64,000 nucleotides of DNA. Source: Candidatus Latescibacterota bacterium (GTDB taxonomy: Bacteria; Latescibacterota; UBA2968; UBA8231). The translations under genes were made by a program, and so were the position numbers. The notes below the pieces were generated by a model. It had not been told where the DNA came from and did not search any database. It was given only the letters and a program-made list of their open reading frames with translations. Below are positions 9,694 to 19,075 of the stretch, piece after piece. The stretch is from NCBI GenBank assembly GCA_963422735.1, contig OY730476.1, positions 2,240,001 through 2,304,000 of the forward strand, in the 5' to 3' direction. Within the stretch, counting starts at the first letter, position 1. Each line of letters starts with the position of its first letter.

Positions 9694-10779
9694 GTGAAAA
9701 TCACTCGCATCACCCTCCACATCGTCAACGTGCCCGAGCACCGCTGGTGGTGGTCGGACGATGTGTATGGCCAGCCCCTGCACCAGCGGACCGAGCGCGG
9801 CGTCGTCGAAGTCGAAACCGATCAAGGCTTGACCGGCCTGACGCTGATCGGGCGTTTTACCGCCACCATGCGCCAGCAGTTCGAGACTTGGCTAGGACAG
9901 GATGTCCTCCAGGTCAACTTGGCGCAGAGTAGCGACCCCTTGCAGAGCGCTTTTGAACAGGCTGTGCTCGACTTGCGCGGCCAAGCCCTAGGCGTGCCTA
10001 TATGGCAATTATTGGGGGGGCGGTTGCGCGACCGCATCCCGGTCACCCAATGCACTGGGTACAAAACGCCCGAACACACGGCCAAGGATGCCCAATGGGG
10101 ATGGGAGCAAGGTTTCCGCACGTACAAGATGAAGTGCATCACCAGCCGCGAGAAAACCCCCGAGGAGCGCATCCGCTACATCACCGACCGGATCGAGGCC
10201 ATCCACCGCGTGGTCCCCGACATGGTGGTGCGCCCAGATATCCGCTGGCGTCTAGAGGAAGTGTGGGTGGCCCAAGAACTGGCGCGCCGCCTCCAAGGCC
10301 ATCGCCTAGACTCGCTCGAAAGCCCCATTGCCAAAGGTGCTCGCGGCGGTACGTTTTCCGAATGGCGTCGCCTGCGCCACATCATCCACCTGCCCATTGG
10401 CGACCACGTCGGCGACGCGGCCGATCTGTTGCGCCGCTTTCAGGCCGAGGCCCTCGACTATGTCATTGTCGGCGGAGCCAGCCACTTTGAAACTTTGCGC
10501 CACTCGCATCTGGCACACGCGCTAGGACTAGGCGGCTGGTCGCAGACCGTGGCCTATGGACCAGGTGCCGCTATGGGCCTGCAAGTAGCCGCCTGTATGC
10601 CGCATTTGACTCAGCCCTACGACATGGTCGGCCCCATCGCTTGGGAACACTCCTTGGTCAACGAGAAATTCATCCTCGAAGAGGGCAGCTTCCTAGTCTC
10701 CGACCGACCGGGCTTGGGCTACACCCTCGACCGCGACGGCGTCGAGCACTACTTAGTGGAACGCTACATTTTCCCTTAG
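9694..10779 (+). CDS. Second enolase-superfamily enzyme
   Basis: GTG start after AGGAGG; ETDQGLTG, DLRGQALGVPIWQLLGG, YKMK, ESP, RPGLGYTLD. Confidence 0.88.
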   Translation: MKITRITLHIVNVPEHRWWWSDDVYGQPLHQRTERGVVEVETDQGLTGLTLIGRFTATMRQQFETWLGQDVLQVNLAQSSDPLQSAFEQAVLDLRGQALGVPIWQLLGGRLRDRIPVTQCTGYKTPEHTAKDAQWGWEQGFRTYKMKCITSREKTPEERIRYITDRIEAIHRVVPDMVVRPDIRWRLEEVWVAQELARRLQGHRLDSLESPIAKGARGGTFSEWRRLRHIIHLPIGDHVGDAADLLRRFQAEALDYVIVGGASHFETLRHSHLAHALGLGGWSQTVAYGPGAAMGLQVAACMPHLTQPYDMVGPIAWEHSLVNEKFILEEGSFLVSDRPGLGYTLDRDGVEHYLVERYIFP

Positions 10780-10782
10780 GAC

Positions 10783-11040
10783 CTGATGTTACGCAGCTTT
10801 TGTCATGCCTGCTTTCGCAGGCATCCAGAGTACCCCTCGGCGGTTCGGGCTTGGGTGCGTTCCGTCGAACCGCCGAGTGACCCGACGACTCGACGGAACG
10901 CGCCCAAGCCTGTCCCCGTGCAGACGGGGGCTGAATGTCACGCGCCCGTGAAAACGGGTGGCGCGGTGAAGCCCGCGTGCGCGGGAATGACAAGGGAGGG
11001 CGGCAGGAAGCCGCAGACGATAACGACTGCGTAACATCAG
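10783..11040. mobile_element. MITE-like element with 14-bp perfect TIRs and flanking 7-bp direct repeat
   Basis: ctgatgttacgcag 10783-10796 and ctgcgtaacatcag 11027-11040; TTAGGAC at 10776-10782 and 11041-11047; internal gtcatgcctgc..gcaggcat and cccgcg..cgcgggaatgac hairpins. Confidence 0.75.
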
Positions 11041-11059
11041 TTAGGACTTTTACAACGCC

Positions 11060-12748
11060 ATGTCCGAAACCCTCGAATACCGCACCCGCGCCGAAGCCTC
11101 CTTCGCGCTCGACCGTCCCCTCGACAAAGCGCTGACGGTCGCCGCTTGGGTCGAAAGCTGCACGGCTCGCGCCGAAGCCGTGCAGCCGCTCGTCTCGCAG
11201 TGGCGGCCGCGCGCTGCATTCGACGCCTTCTCCGCCTATGACGCCAGCCACACCGACGGCTTGGTGACCCAAGGCTACTTCGGCGCAGTATTCGACGGAC
11301 GCTACGCGTACTTCTGCCCCGTCCGCGACCAGCAGGAGCGCACTTCAGTCCACGGCCGCGTCCTCCGCCTCGACACCCAAGCCGACTTCAAAGACCCAGC
11401 CGCTTGGGCCGCCTACGACGCCAGCCACACCGACGGCCTGCACACCGCGGGCTTCTACGGCGGGGCCTTTGACGGCCGCTACGTGTACTTTAACCCCCGC
11501 GACGATGGCACCGTCCATCACTCGCGGCTCTTGCGTTACGACACCCAAGCCGACTTCAAAGACCCAGCCGCTTGGGCTGCTCACGATGCTCAGTTCCCCC
11601 ACTCGGGGCAGGGCCTCGCCTTTGACGGACACTACCTCTACTTCTGCCCAGGTTATACCCGGTCGGCGACCGCTAGCTTGGACGACGAGCACAGCGGCCA
11701 TATCCTCCGTTGCGACACGGGCGCGCCCCTGAAGGATCCAGCGAGCTATGCAGTCTTCAATGCCCAACAACTTTGCCCGGAGGCGGCCTGTTTCGACGGT
11801 GCCGTATTCGATGGGCGACATATCTACTTCGCGCCACTCGACAGCGGCCACGTCCTCCGCTACGCAGTCGCCGGGGGTTTCGACGACCCGCAAAGCTGGG
11901 ACATCTACGACGCCCGTCCCTTGGGAATGAAAATGAACGTCGGTGCTGTATTCGACGGGCGGCACATCTATTTTTGCGCTTATGGCAATAGCGCGATGCT
12001 GCGCTACGACACGGCCACGTCGTTCGACGATCCAGCCGCTTGGGACACCTACACTCTTGGGTTCAACAGCGGCTTTGACGGTGGCTTCTTCGACGGACGC
12101 TACGTGTACTACGTGCCCTTCACCCGCGCCGCCGCGCCCGGAGAGAGCGTCTTCCACGGCACTTGGCTGCGCTACGACACGGCCGCGCCGTTTGACGATC
12201 CAGCCGCTTGGGACACTCACGACGCCAGTCATACCGACGGCCTGCATACGACCGCGTACAACGCTGGCGCGTTCGACGGACGCTATTTCTACACCGCTCC
12301 CTGGCGCGGCGACCGCGACGGCGGCCACACCCACGGCCGCGTTCTCCGCTACGACACGCTCGGGGCAGACGGCGCGTTCTCCTTGCGCTACGGCGACGTG
12401 GGGCACAACGGCGGGCTCTGCGCGGCCGTGCCCGGCCCCAGCTTCATCGTCAATACTACCAGCGGCGCGGTCAGCGTTGCTGCCCACCAAACCCTCATGC
12501 CCGGCATCCATCACCTCGCCGGGGTGTACGATGGCGCACATATCCAGCTCTACATCGACGGCGCGCTCGCGGCCTCGCGCCCGGCCTGTAGCCGTCCGTT
12601 GCAACAGACGACTATCCCCGCGACCATCGGCCATATCGCCGACGGCAGCGCCCGCTTCCAAGGCACCATCGCCGAGGTGTATCTATCGCCTGTCGCCCAA
12701 AGCACCGCTTGGGCCGCAGCAACTTACCACGCGGGTGTACCAACCTAA
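11060..12748 (+). CDS. Seven-repeat FDGRY beta-propeller protein with LamG-like jellyroll
   Basis: Seven FDG(R/H)(Y/H)xY repeats mostly separated by LRYDT..F.DP..W; LTVAAWV at N-term and HHLAGVYDG..IQLYIDG at C-term. Confidence 0.75.
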   Translation: MSETLEYRTRAEASFALDRPLDKALTVAAWVESCTARAEAVQPLVSQWRPRAAFDAFSAYDASHTDGLVTQGYFGAVFDGRYAYFCPVRDQQERTSVHGRVLRLDTQADFKDPAAWAAYDASHTDGLHTAGFYGGAFDGRYVYFNPRDDGTVHHSRLLRYDTQADFKDPAAWAAHDAQFPHSGQGLAFDGHYLYFCPGYTRSATASLDDEHSGHILRCDTGAPLKDPASYAVFNAQQLCPEAACFDGAVFDGRHIYFAPLDSGHVLRYAVAGGFDDPQSWDIYDARPLGMKMNVGAVFDGRHIYFCAYGNSAMLRYDTATSFDDPAAWDTYTLGFNSGFDGGFFDGRYVYYVPFTRAAAPGESVFHGTWLRYDTAAPFDDPAAWDTHDASHTDGLHTTAYNAGAFDGRYFYTAPWRGDRDGGHTHGRVLRYDTLGADGAFSLRYGDVGHNGGLCAAVPGPSFIVNTTSGAVSVAAHQTLMPGIHHLAGVYDGAHIQLYIDGALAASRPACSRPLQQTTIPATIGHIADGSARFQGTIAEVYLSPVAQSTAWAAATYHAGVPT

Positions 12749-12761
12749 AGGAGCTTTTGTC

Positions 12762-13847
12762 ATGGACGAAAAATACACGGTCGCCATTATTGGCTGCGGC
12801 CGCCTCGGCCAGCACTACGCCCAAGTCTATCAAACCCTGCCCAACACCGAGCTAGTCGCCATCGCCGAATACGACCCCGAGCGCCGCCAAGCCGTCGGCG
12901 AGCGCTTTGGCATCCGCACGCTCTATCAGGACGCGCAAGACCTCTTCCGACACATGGTACCCGATATTGCCGCAGTCGTGCTGCCCGGCAAGTACATTAA
13001 GGAGGCCGTCATTGCCGCCGCGCAAGCTGGCGTCAAGGGCGTCTCCACCGACAAGCCCATTGAGGCCCGCCTATCGGATGTCGATAAAATGATCGAGGAA
13101 TGCACAGCGCGTGGTGTGGTCTTTGCCGGCGGCAACCTGCAAAGGGCCATGGGCGAGGTGCAAGAAGCAGCCGGCTGGCTGTGCGCGGGCGAGTACGGCC
13201 CATTGCGCGGAGCCAGCGTCCACGGCTGGGGTGGCGAGATTTCCGGCGGGGGCTGCCAGCACATCGCCGTCCTGCGGCTTTTCACCCAAGCCGAGATTAC
13301 CCAAGTCATCGCCTGGGGTACGCCGCCGGAGGCCCTTGCACGCAACGACGATGAGAGCCTGATCATCAACGGACAATTCTTGCTCAGCAACGGCCTCGTC
13401 TGCCCGGTTTTTGGCCAACAGACACCCAGTCGCGGCGTGGATGTGTGGACCGACGACGCGCTCGTGCGCTGGGACTGGGGACCACCCGAAATTTTCCAAG
13501 GCCGCGACGCGGAGGGAGCTCGCATACAGATCGACCGTCCCTATACCCCACTCAAATACCCCCGCTTTTCCTATCTAGGCACTTCGGTGCTGTCGTTTTT
13601 GGATGTCGTAAAAAACGGCGGCGAGCTGTACATCTCTGGCCACGACCTGCGCCAGTCGCTCGAAGTAGCCATCGCCGCCAAGTACTCAGCGCTGTGGGGC
13701 AATGTGCCGCTCGACCTGCCGCTCGCCGATCGTTCGCTCGCGCTCTACCCGAGGGCCTACCGCTGGCTCGGCGGCGACCACTCCGGGCGACCTCAAACCT
13801 ATGCAGAGGCTTTGGAAGGGACGCTTTTTTCTAAGAATCCTTCTTAG
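12762..13847 (+). CDS. Gfo/Idh/MocA family oxidoreductase
   Basis: VAIIGCGRLG, TDKPIE, GGGCQH; RBS AAGGAG. Confidence 0.88.
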   Translation: MDEKYTVAIIGCGRLGQHYAQVYQTLPNTELVAIAEYDPERRQAVGERFGIRTLYQDAQDLFRHMVPDIAAVVLPGKYIKEAVIAAAQAGVKGVSTDKPIEARLSDVDKMIEECTARGVVFAGGNLQRAMGEVQEAAGWLCAGEYGPLRGASVHGWGGEISGGGCQHIAVLRLFTQAEITQVIAWGTPPEALARNDDESLIINGQFLLSNGLVCPVFGQQTPSRGVDVWTDDALVRWDWGPPEIFQGRDAEGARIQIDRPYTPLKYPRFSYLGTSVLSFLDVVKNGGELYISGHDLRQSLEVAIAAKYSALWGNVPLDLPLADRSLALYPRAYRWLGGDHSGRPQTYAEALEGTLFSKNPS

Positions 13848-14031
13848 AGGCCCTAACAAAATTAAATGTGGCACCTAAAGGCGCGATGCAGCCTGTTTGT
13901 CCGGCCTAAAGGCAGGGTGAAGCGCAGGAATGACATGGGCGGGCGGGATGCCCGCGTTCCGAGGAGCACCTAGCTATACGTCCCCGTGCGTGCGGTGGAT
14001 TCCGGGCACTTCTTCCGTTATACTTTCATTT

Positions 14032-14424
14032 ATGGACGCCTACAGGTCGTACATCAAGGCTTGGCAAAAGCGTCTGCGCCAAGAACGCCAAGCACTCGAC
14101 CAAGCCGCACGCCAAGCACGGGAACAGGCGCAGGTCTGCGCCCAAGCCCTAGTCGAGGAATACGCGGTCGAGCGCGTGTACCTGATCGGCTCGCTGGCCA
14201 GAGGTAGCAGCTTCCATCCGCGTTCAGATATCGACTTAGTCGTCGCAGGCCTAGCATCGGAACGCTACTTTGCGGTGCTAGCAGACATCGCCGAGCGGGT
14301 GGGCCGCGAGATCGATTTGATTCTACTTGAGTCGGCGACGCCAGCGTTGCTCAAGTGCGTTGCCGACGAGGGAGTGCTGCTGTATGAGCGCACAGAAATT
14401 CCTGCTGCTGCGAGCGGACATTGA
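14032..14424 (+). CDS. Minimal nucleotidyltransferase (MNT) antitoxin
   Basis: VYLIGSLARG...SDIDLVV motif; overlaps the downstream HEPN gene. Confidence 0.88.
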   Translation: MDAYRSYIKAWQKRLRQERQALDQAARQAREQAQVCAQALVEEYAVERVYLIGSLARGSSFHPRSDIDLVVAGLASERYFAVLADIAERVGREIDLILLESATPALLKCVADEGVLLYERTEIPAAASGH

Positions 14425-14872
14425 CCGCGCACTAGAACAGATCGCAGCCGTGGTGGCGGAAGGTCGGGAGACCTTGGAAAAACTCGACGGATCGCCCACC
14501 ACGTTGGAACTGCGCGGCATTGGCAGCATCCTACACGACTTCTACACCGGCATGGAACAGCTCCTAGCGCATATCGCCCGTGAGCTCGATGGCGAGATAC
14601 CGGTCGGTGCCGATTGGTACGCGCAGCTCTTGGGCCGGATGACGAGCGCAATCGAGTCGGTGCGCCCGGCCATCTTCAGCCCCGAACTCGCAGACGCGCT
14701 TAGACCCTATCTGCGCTTCCGCCATCTTTTTAGGAATATATACTGCACCCAATTGCGCTGGGATCTGTGCCGCGGATTGGCCACGGAGTTGGAGGATGTT
14801 TGGGAAAAATTCCACGGCGAAATGGAAGCGTTCAAAGACGTGTTGAAGAGTTTGCACGCCGGCTGTAGCTAG
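14384..14872 (+). CDS. HEPN-domain ribonuclease toxin (HepT-like)
   Basis: LHDFYTGME and LRFRHLFRNIY motifs; paired with MNT. Confidence 0.82.
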   Translation: MSAQKFLLLRADIDRALEQIAAVVAEGRETLEKLDGSPTTLELRGIGSILHDFYTGMEQLLAHIARELDGEIPVGADWYAQLLGRMTSAIESVRPAIFSPELADALRPYLRFRHLFRNIYCTQLRWDLCRGLATELEDVWEKFHGEMEAFKDVLKSLHAGCS

Positions 14873-14889
14873 CCCCAAATCCGTTTTCC

Positions 14890-16335
14890 TCAATCGAGGC
14901 AAGGCAACCTCACCTCGTCGCCGGTCTGCTCCTGCCAAGCGCGGATCCGTTCGCTCAATTCGCCGATCCGTACGCGCTGCTCGGGCCGGTGGTATAGATT
15001 CTCCAATTCGTGAGGATCCGCGTTCAGATCGTATAGCTCGCCTTGGCCCTTGCCATACAGGTTGAGCTTCCAGCCATCGGCCGCAACGATGGTGCGGAGG
15101 GGATGTACCAAGCTGTGGTTCGGCTCGGCTTCGCCGATCGAGGCCGGCGGGTGGCCATCGGCACCGCTCCACTCGACAAACACGTCGTTGGCCGCCAAGT
15201 CGTCGCGACCGCACAGCACCGACACCCGACTCTGCCCCTGCAAGTGGTCCGGTGCATCCAGCCCCAGCAAGTCGAGCAGCGTGGGCACCAAGTCAATGTG
15301 GCTGAACTGGCCATCGATTCGCCGAGGATCCGCATCCAGCATAGGCGCACGCAGCAGCAACGGTACCTTGATCGACTCCTCGTACATCAGGGTCTTGCCC
15401 AAAATCCCGTGATCGCCCATAAGCTCGCCGTGATCCGACGTGAAAATCACAAGGGTGTCGTCGGCCTTGCCGCTCTCATCCAAAGCCTGGAGGATCTTGG
15501 CCACCGAGCGATCCACCAGCGTCACATTGCCCCAATAGCGGGCCATCAGCCCGCGCCAGCCAGCCTCGGTCTGCAAGTCCAACCCGTAGTTTTCCGAGGC
15601 CGAGTAAAAGGCCGCCATCAGCCGCACGATCAAGGGCGCGTCGGCCAGCGGAGGCTGCCTAAAACTCGGCCCGGTCGGCAGGGTTTCCGGGTCGTAGTAC
15701 TCATTGAGCGCCCCGGTGTGCGGCGGATGCGGCTCCAGATAGCTGACGCACAGCGCGAAGGGCGCGTCGCCACTCTGGCGGATGTACTCTGCGGCCTGCT
15801 CGCCCAAAAACGTCGCCTTTGTGTACTCCTCCGGCATGGATGCCTCGGCGTGGCGCGAGAATATGCGCTGGCCGAGATTTTCCGCGTCGGGCGCAAATCC
15901 CTGCTCGACCAAGAAGTGGTGATACGGGCTGAGGACGGCCAGCCGCTCCGGCGCGGAATAGCAACGCCGGTACGAGTCTTCGCTGCCGACCCACGTCGCA
16001 AACCCGTGCTGGGGAAAAATTTCATCCCCCAAGTGCCATTTGCCCATAAAGGCCGTCTGATATTCCGGCGGCAGCATCTCGGCAAAGGTCGGCACCTCGG
16101 CGCACAGCGGCACATTGCACGCGGGTACGCCAGCGGTGTGCGGCCACAGCCCGGTCAGCATGGTGGCCCGCGCCGGGCTGCACACCGGCTGGCTCACATA
16201 GGCGTTTTCAAAGACAAAGCCAGCGGCGGCCAACTCGTCAAGGGCTGGAGTCTCGATCTGCTCATTGCCGTAACAGCGCAGCGTATCCACGCGCTGCTGA
16301 TCGGTGAAGATGTAAAGTAGGTTAGGATGTCCCAT
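14890..16335 (-). CDS. Sulfatase (formylglycine-dependent)
   Basis: PNLLYIFTDQQR, CSPAR (CxPxR), GKWHLG, FTSDHG, ELYDLNADPHE. Confidence 0.93.
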   Translation of the reverse strand: MGHPNLLYIFTDQQRVDTLRCYGNEQIETPALDELAAAGFVFENAYVSQPVCSPARATMLTGLWPHTAGVPACNVPLCAEVPTFAEMLPPEYQTAFMGKWHLGDEIFPQHGFATWVGSEDSYRRCYSAPERLAVLSPYHHFLVEQGFAPDAENLGQRIFSRHAEASMPEEYTKATFLGEQAAEYIRQSGDAPFALCVSYLEPHPPHTGALNEYYDPETLPTGPSFRQPPLADAPLIVRLMAAFYSASENYGLDLQTEAGWRGLMARYWGNVTLVDRSVAKILQALDESGKADDTLVIFTSDHGELMGDHGILGKTLMYEESIKVPLLLRAPMLDADPRRIDGQFSHIDLVPTLLDLLGLDAPDHLQGQSRVSVLCGRDDLAANDVFVEWSGADGHPPASIGEAEPNHSLVHPLRTIVAADGWKLNLYGKGQGELYDLNADPHELENLYHRPEQRVRIGELSERIRAWQEQTGDEVRLPCLD

Positions 16336-16379
16336 AGAAATTCCTCCGTTCCATTCCCCCGTAGGGGCACGCCGGTGCC

Positions 16380-17438
16380 CTAGCCCGGCTGATCCCCCTG
16401 CCGGTTGGCGCACGAGCGCGGCGTCAGGTCAAAATAGGTCTCGTGGCCCGAGAAAAAGCGCTCTAATTCATCGACCACGAGGCGGAAAAAATGCGGGTAT
16501 TCGTCGCCCGTGCGCCCGGAAAAGTGCGGAGTCAAAAATACGTTGGGCAGGTCGATGATTTCGCTGTCGGCCGGGATCGGCTCCGGGTCGAAGACATCCA
16601 AGCCCGCGGCAATGTCGCCGCGCTTGAGGCGCTCTATCAGAGCCGTAGAGTCGAAAATGGGGCCGCGCGATACGTTCACCAAAGCGGCCCCCGACGGAAT
16701 AAGCTCCAACTCGCGCCGGCCAATCATGCCCTTGGTCTGTGGCGTCAGCGGCGCGACGCAGACAATCGCATCGCATTGCGACAGCACGTTGTCCAGCGAC
16801 GTTTGCAAAAAGCCCAACGCCTCGGCCAACTCCTGCGGCAAGTACGGATCGTGGACCCACAGTTCGACCTCAAAAGGCCGCAACAGCTTCATCAACCGCC
16901 GTCCCATGTGGCCGCCGCCGATCAATCCCACCCGCTTGCCGGTGAGCATCCCGGCCATCGGCTCAACAGTGGAACGGTTTTGCGTATTCCCAGCGAGGAT
17001 GCGGCGGAAGAGCGCACCGGCATTGCGCATGGCAATCAGCGTCAGCGCCAAGGCCCATTCGGCCACCGGATAGGACGAGCCATTGGTCGTATCCACCGTG
17101 CGAATGCCCCGCGCCCACGCCGCGTCCAAGTCGATGCGCGTGGCAAAGCGATCGCCTTCCAATTCGCCGATGAGGCGCAGCCGGGGCGCGGCTTCCAAGA
17201 CTGTTACATCAATCTTAGGTGCGCCGTGGCAGATGACGAGCGCATCCACCGCACCCATTTCCTTTGCCAACTGCGCGGTGGCCTCGGCGTCTTCGCTGGC
17301 GCGGTAAATATTGCCGCCCTCGCAGGCAAACCACGCCCAATCGGCAAAGCGCTCCAGCCGCGCCAATTCCTCGGGCGACAGGTAGCCATGGCGCACCCGT
17401 TTGCTACAGGCGATAAGTACTTTCGGACGATTCGACAT
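16380..17438 (-). CDS. D-isomer-specific 2-hydroxyacid dehydrogenase
   Basis: GLIGGGHMG, VNVSRG, GLDVFDPEP, LTPHFSG; RBS AAGGAG. Confidence 0.92.
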   Translation of the reverse strand: MSNRPKVLIACSKRVRHGYLSPEELARLERFADWAWFACEGGNIYRASEDAEATAQLAKEMGAVDALVICHGAPKIDVTVLEAAPRLRLIGELEGDRFATRIDLDAAWARGIRTVDTTNGSSYPVAEWALALTLIAMRNAGALFRRILAGNTQNRSTVEPMAGMLTGKRVGLIGGGHMGRRLMKLLRPFEVELWVHDPYLPQELAEALGFLQTSLDNVLSQCDAIVCVAPLTPQTKGMIGRRELELIPSGAALVNVSRGPIFDSTALIERLKRGDIAAGLDVFDPEPIPADSEIIDLPNVFLTPHFSGRTGDEYPHFFRLVVDELERFFSGHETYFDLTPRSCANRQGDQPG

Positions 17439-17571
17439 GTGTTGCTCCTTTGAAGAATTTAACATACCTGACGCATTGCGGATGCTTTTCTGAGGCGGGC
17501 GACACACAGGTCGGCCCGATCTTTGTGGTTAGCTGTGCGATTCTGACGGCTACGAAGCCCGCCATAGAGCA

Positions 17572-18462
17572 TCAACAAGAACGGTGCTCCAATCTGAGGA
17601 TTCCCCAGAAGTCGCTTTCCGACAATATTTGCACATCCTGTCCGCCTGCGATCAATGCCTCCGCTTTTCCGTGCTTGGAACTTTTTTTAGAGCCTTTGAG
17701 CTTGTTCGCATCTTGTATGCCGACGACCAGCATGGTGGTTTTTTGCGTAACACTACTATCCACATCACAACCTGCGTTCGCAGCCCGGTCAGCGGCCTCG
17801 CTACGCGCGACTGACAAAGTCCCGGTGAATACAATGGTTTCGCCGTATAAATGCCCTTCGACATGGCCGGTTTTAGTCGGGGAAGGTTATTGGTAAGCAG
17901 ACCGGTGCTGAGCTGAGAAAATGGGCCGCCTCACGCGTTGTAACCAGCCTTCGAGGTCCAAGCCGCTGGATTCGCAGGCGCAAAGAACGATCTGAGCGGC
18001 TGCTTTGGCATCCTCCAAGGCATCGTGATGGTTGAATGTTATCGCAAGATCTCGGGCGACGTTCTTTAATCCAAAGCCGCGACGTCCGTATTTTTCCGGC
18101 CAAGCCCGACGTGCGATTTTGGCACTGTCCAGCCAAGTGACCTGGCATTGTTCGAGCTGGTACTTGTTCGCGGCTCGCACAACCGCGGTGCGGTCAAAAG
18201 ACGTGTGGCTCACCAAGACCGAGCCATGCAAACGACGGATCAACCCATCCCACACTTGGGGCAAAGTGAGACTGTCCCGAACTGCGTCTTCGTCAATCCC
18301 GTGAATTTCAACGTTCCACGGATCAAACCAGTCCTCGGGGTCGATCAAAGTTTTCCATTGATCTCGGATTTCCCCTTTGTAGACATGGACGACGCCAATC
18401 TGACAAATGCTGGCGCGATCGGCGTTGGCAGTCTCCACATCGATGGAATTGAAGGTCAGCAT
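17572..18462 (-). pseudogene. DEDDh 3'-5' exonuclease (DnaQ-like) + BRCT domain, split by one in-frame TAA
   Basis: IDVETAN, HHDALEDA; after TAA 17887-17889 the same frame continues GETIVFTGTLSVARSEAA...SVTQKTTMLVVG (BRCT). Confidence 0.8.
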
Positions 18463-18551
18463 ACCTAGTGTCTCTTTTTAATTATTTTTTATGTCTCCTA
18501 AGAGAACGCAAAAATTGCGAAAATCAAAGCAACGTTGCCATCCACCCAGCG

Positions 18552-18686
18552 TCACTTTTTGTCATTCTTGGGCGGCGGATTCTGCTTTTGCGGTTTGGGT
18601 CTCGGAGGAGGAGTTGTCTTGCCCGGTATTGCCGGCTTGCCGCTATCGCGAATGTTGGACTTACGCGTACTTCTGTCAGACAGCAT
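18552..18686 (-). CDS. 44-aa basic proline-rich small protein
   Basis: GGAGG RBS, then MLSDRSTRKSNIRDSGKPAIPGKTTPPPRPKPQKQNPPPKNDKK*; below the ORF-track cutoff. Confidence 0.45.
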   Translation of the reverse strand: MLSDRSTRKSNIRDSGKPAIPGKTTPPPRPKPQKQNPPPKNDKK

Positions 18687-18875
18687 ATTGGTCCTCCATG
18701 ACTTTGTAGGCCATTATTTTACACTCGGCGTTCAGCTTCTGATCTTCGCGGATGTCAGCTATTCCGGCCCATCCGGTTACATTTGAAATGCGACATGCCC
18801 GACCTGATCAACGACCCCAAGCAGCGCGTCACCATCACGGACCTGCCAATGCCCTTTATCGCAGTCAACTTCCCC

Positions 18876-19001
18876 ATGATCCACCAAGAGCACGAAGAAA
18901 CTCTTGAGTATCGTGCGATGATCCACCAAGAGCACGAAGAAACTCTAAGAATACTCAAGAAAACCTTCGTGGCCCTTCGCGTTCCTTCGTGGATAAACCC
19001 C
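18876..19001. repeat. REP-like CACGAAG/CTTCGTG repeat cluster
   Basis: 29-bp atgatccaccaagagcacgaagaaactct at 18876-18904 and 18918-18946, followed by complementary ccttcgtgg units; related copy at ~24242-24288. Confidence 0.75.
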
Positions 19002-19075
19002 TAAAGAAATTCCCACGATGACACCACCCCCTCGCGTCAACTCCCTGACCGCGGACCATGCGTAACATCAATTCG

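Noticed and set aside
11943-12761. 634-aa ORF as a fusion protein
   Set aside because: The N-terminal 273 codons overlap the FDGRY gene in another frame; the real start is ATG 12762 after AAGGAG.
18876-18946. Mini-CRISPR
   Set aside because: Two copies with a 13-nt spacer and an inverted partner, which is REP-like instead.
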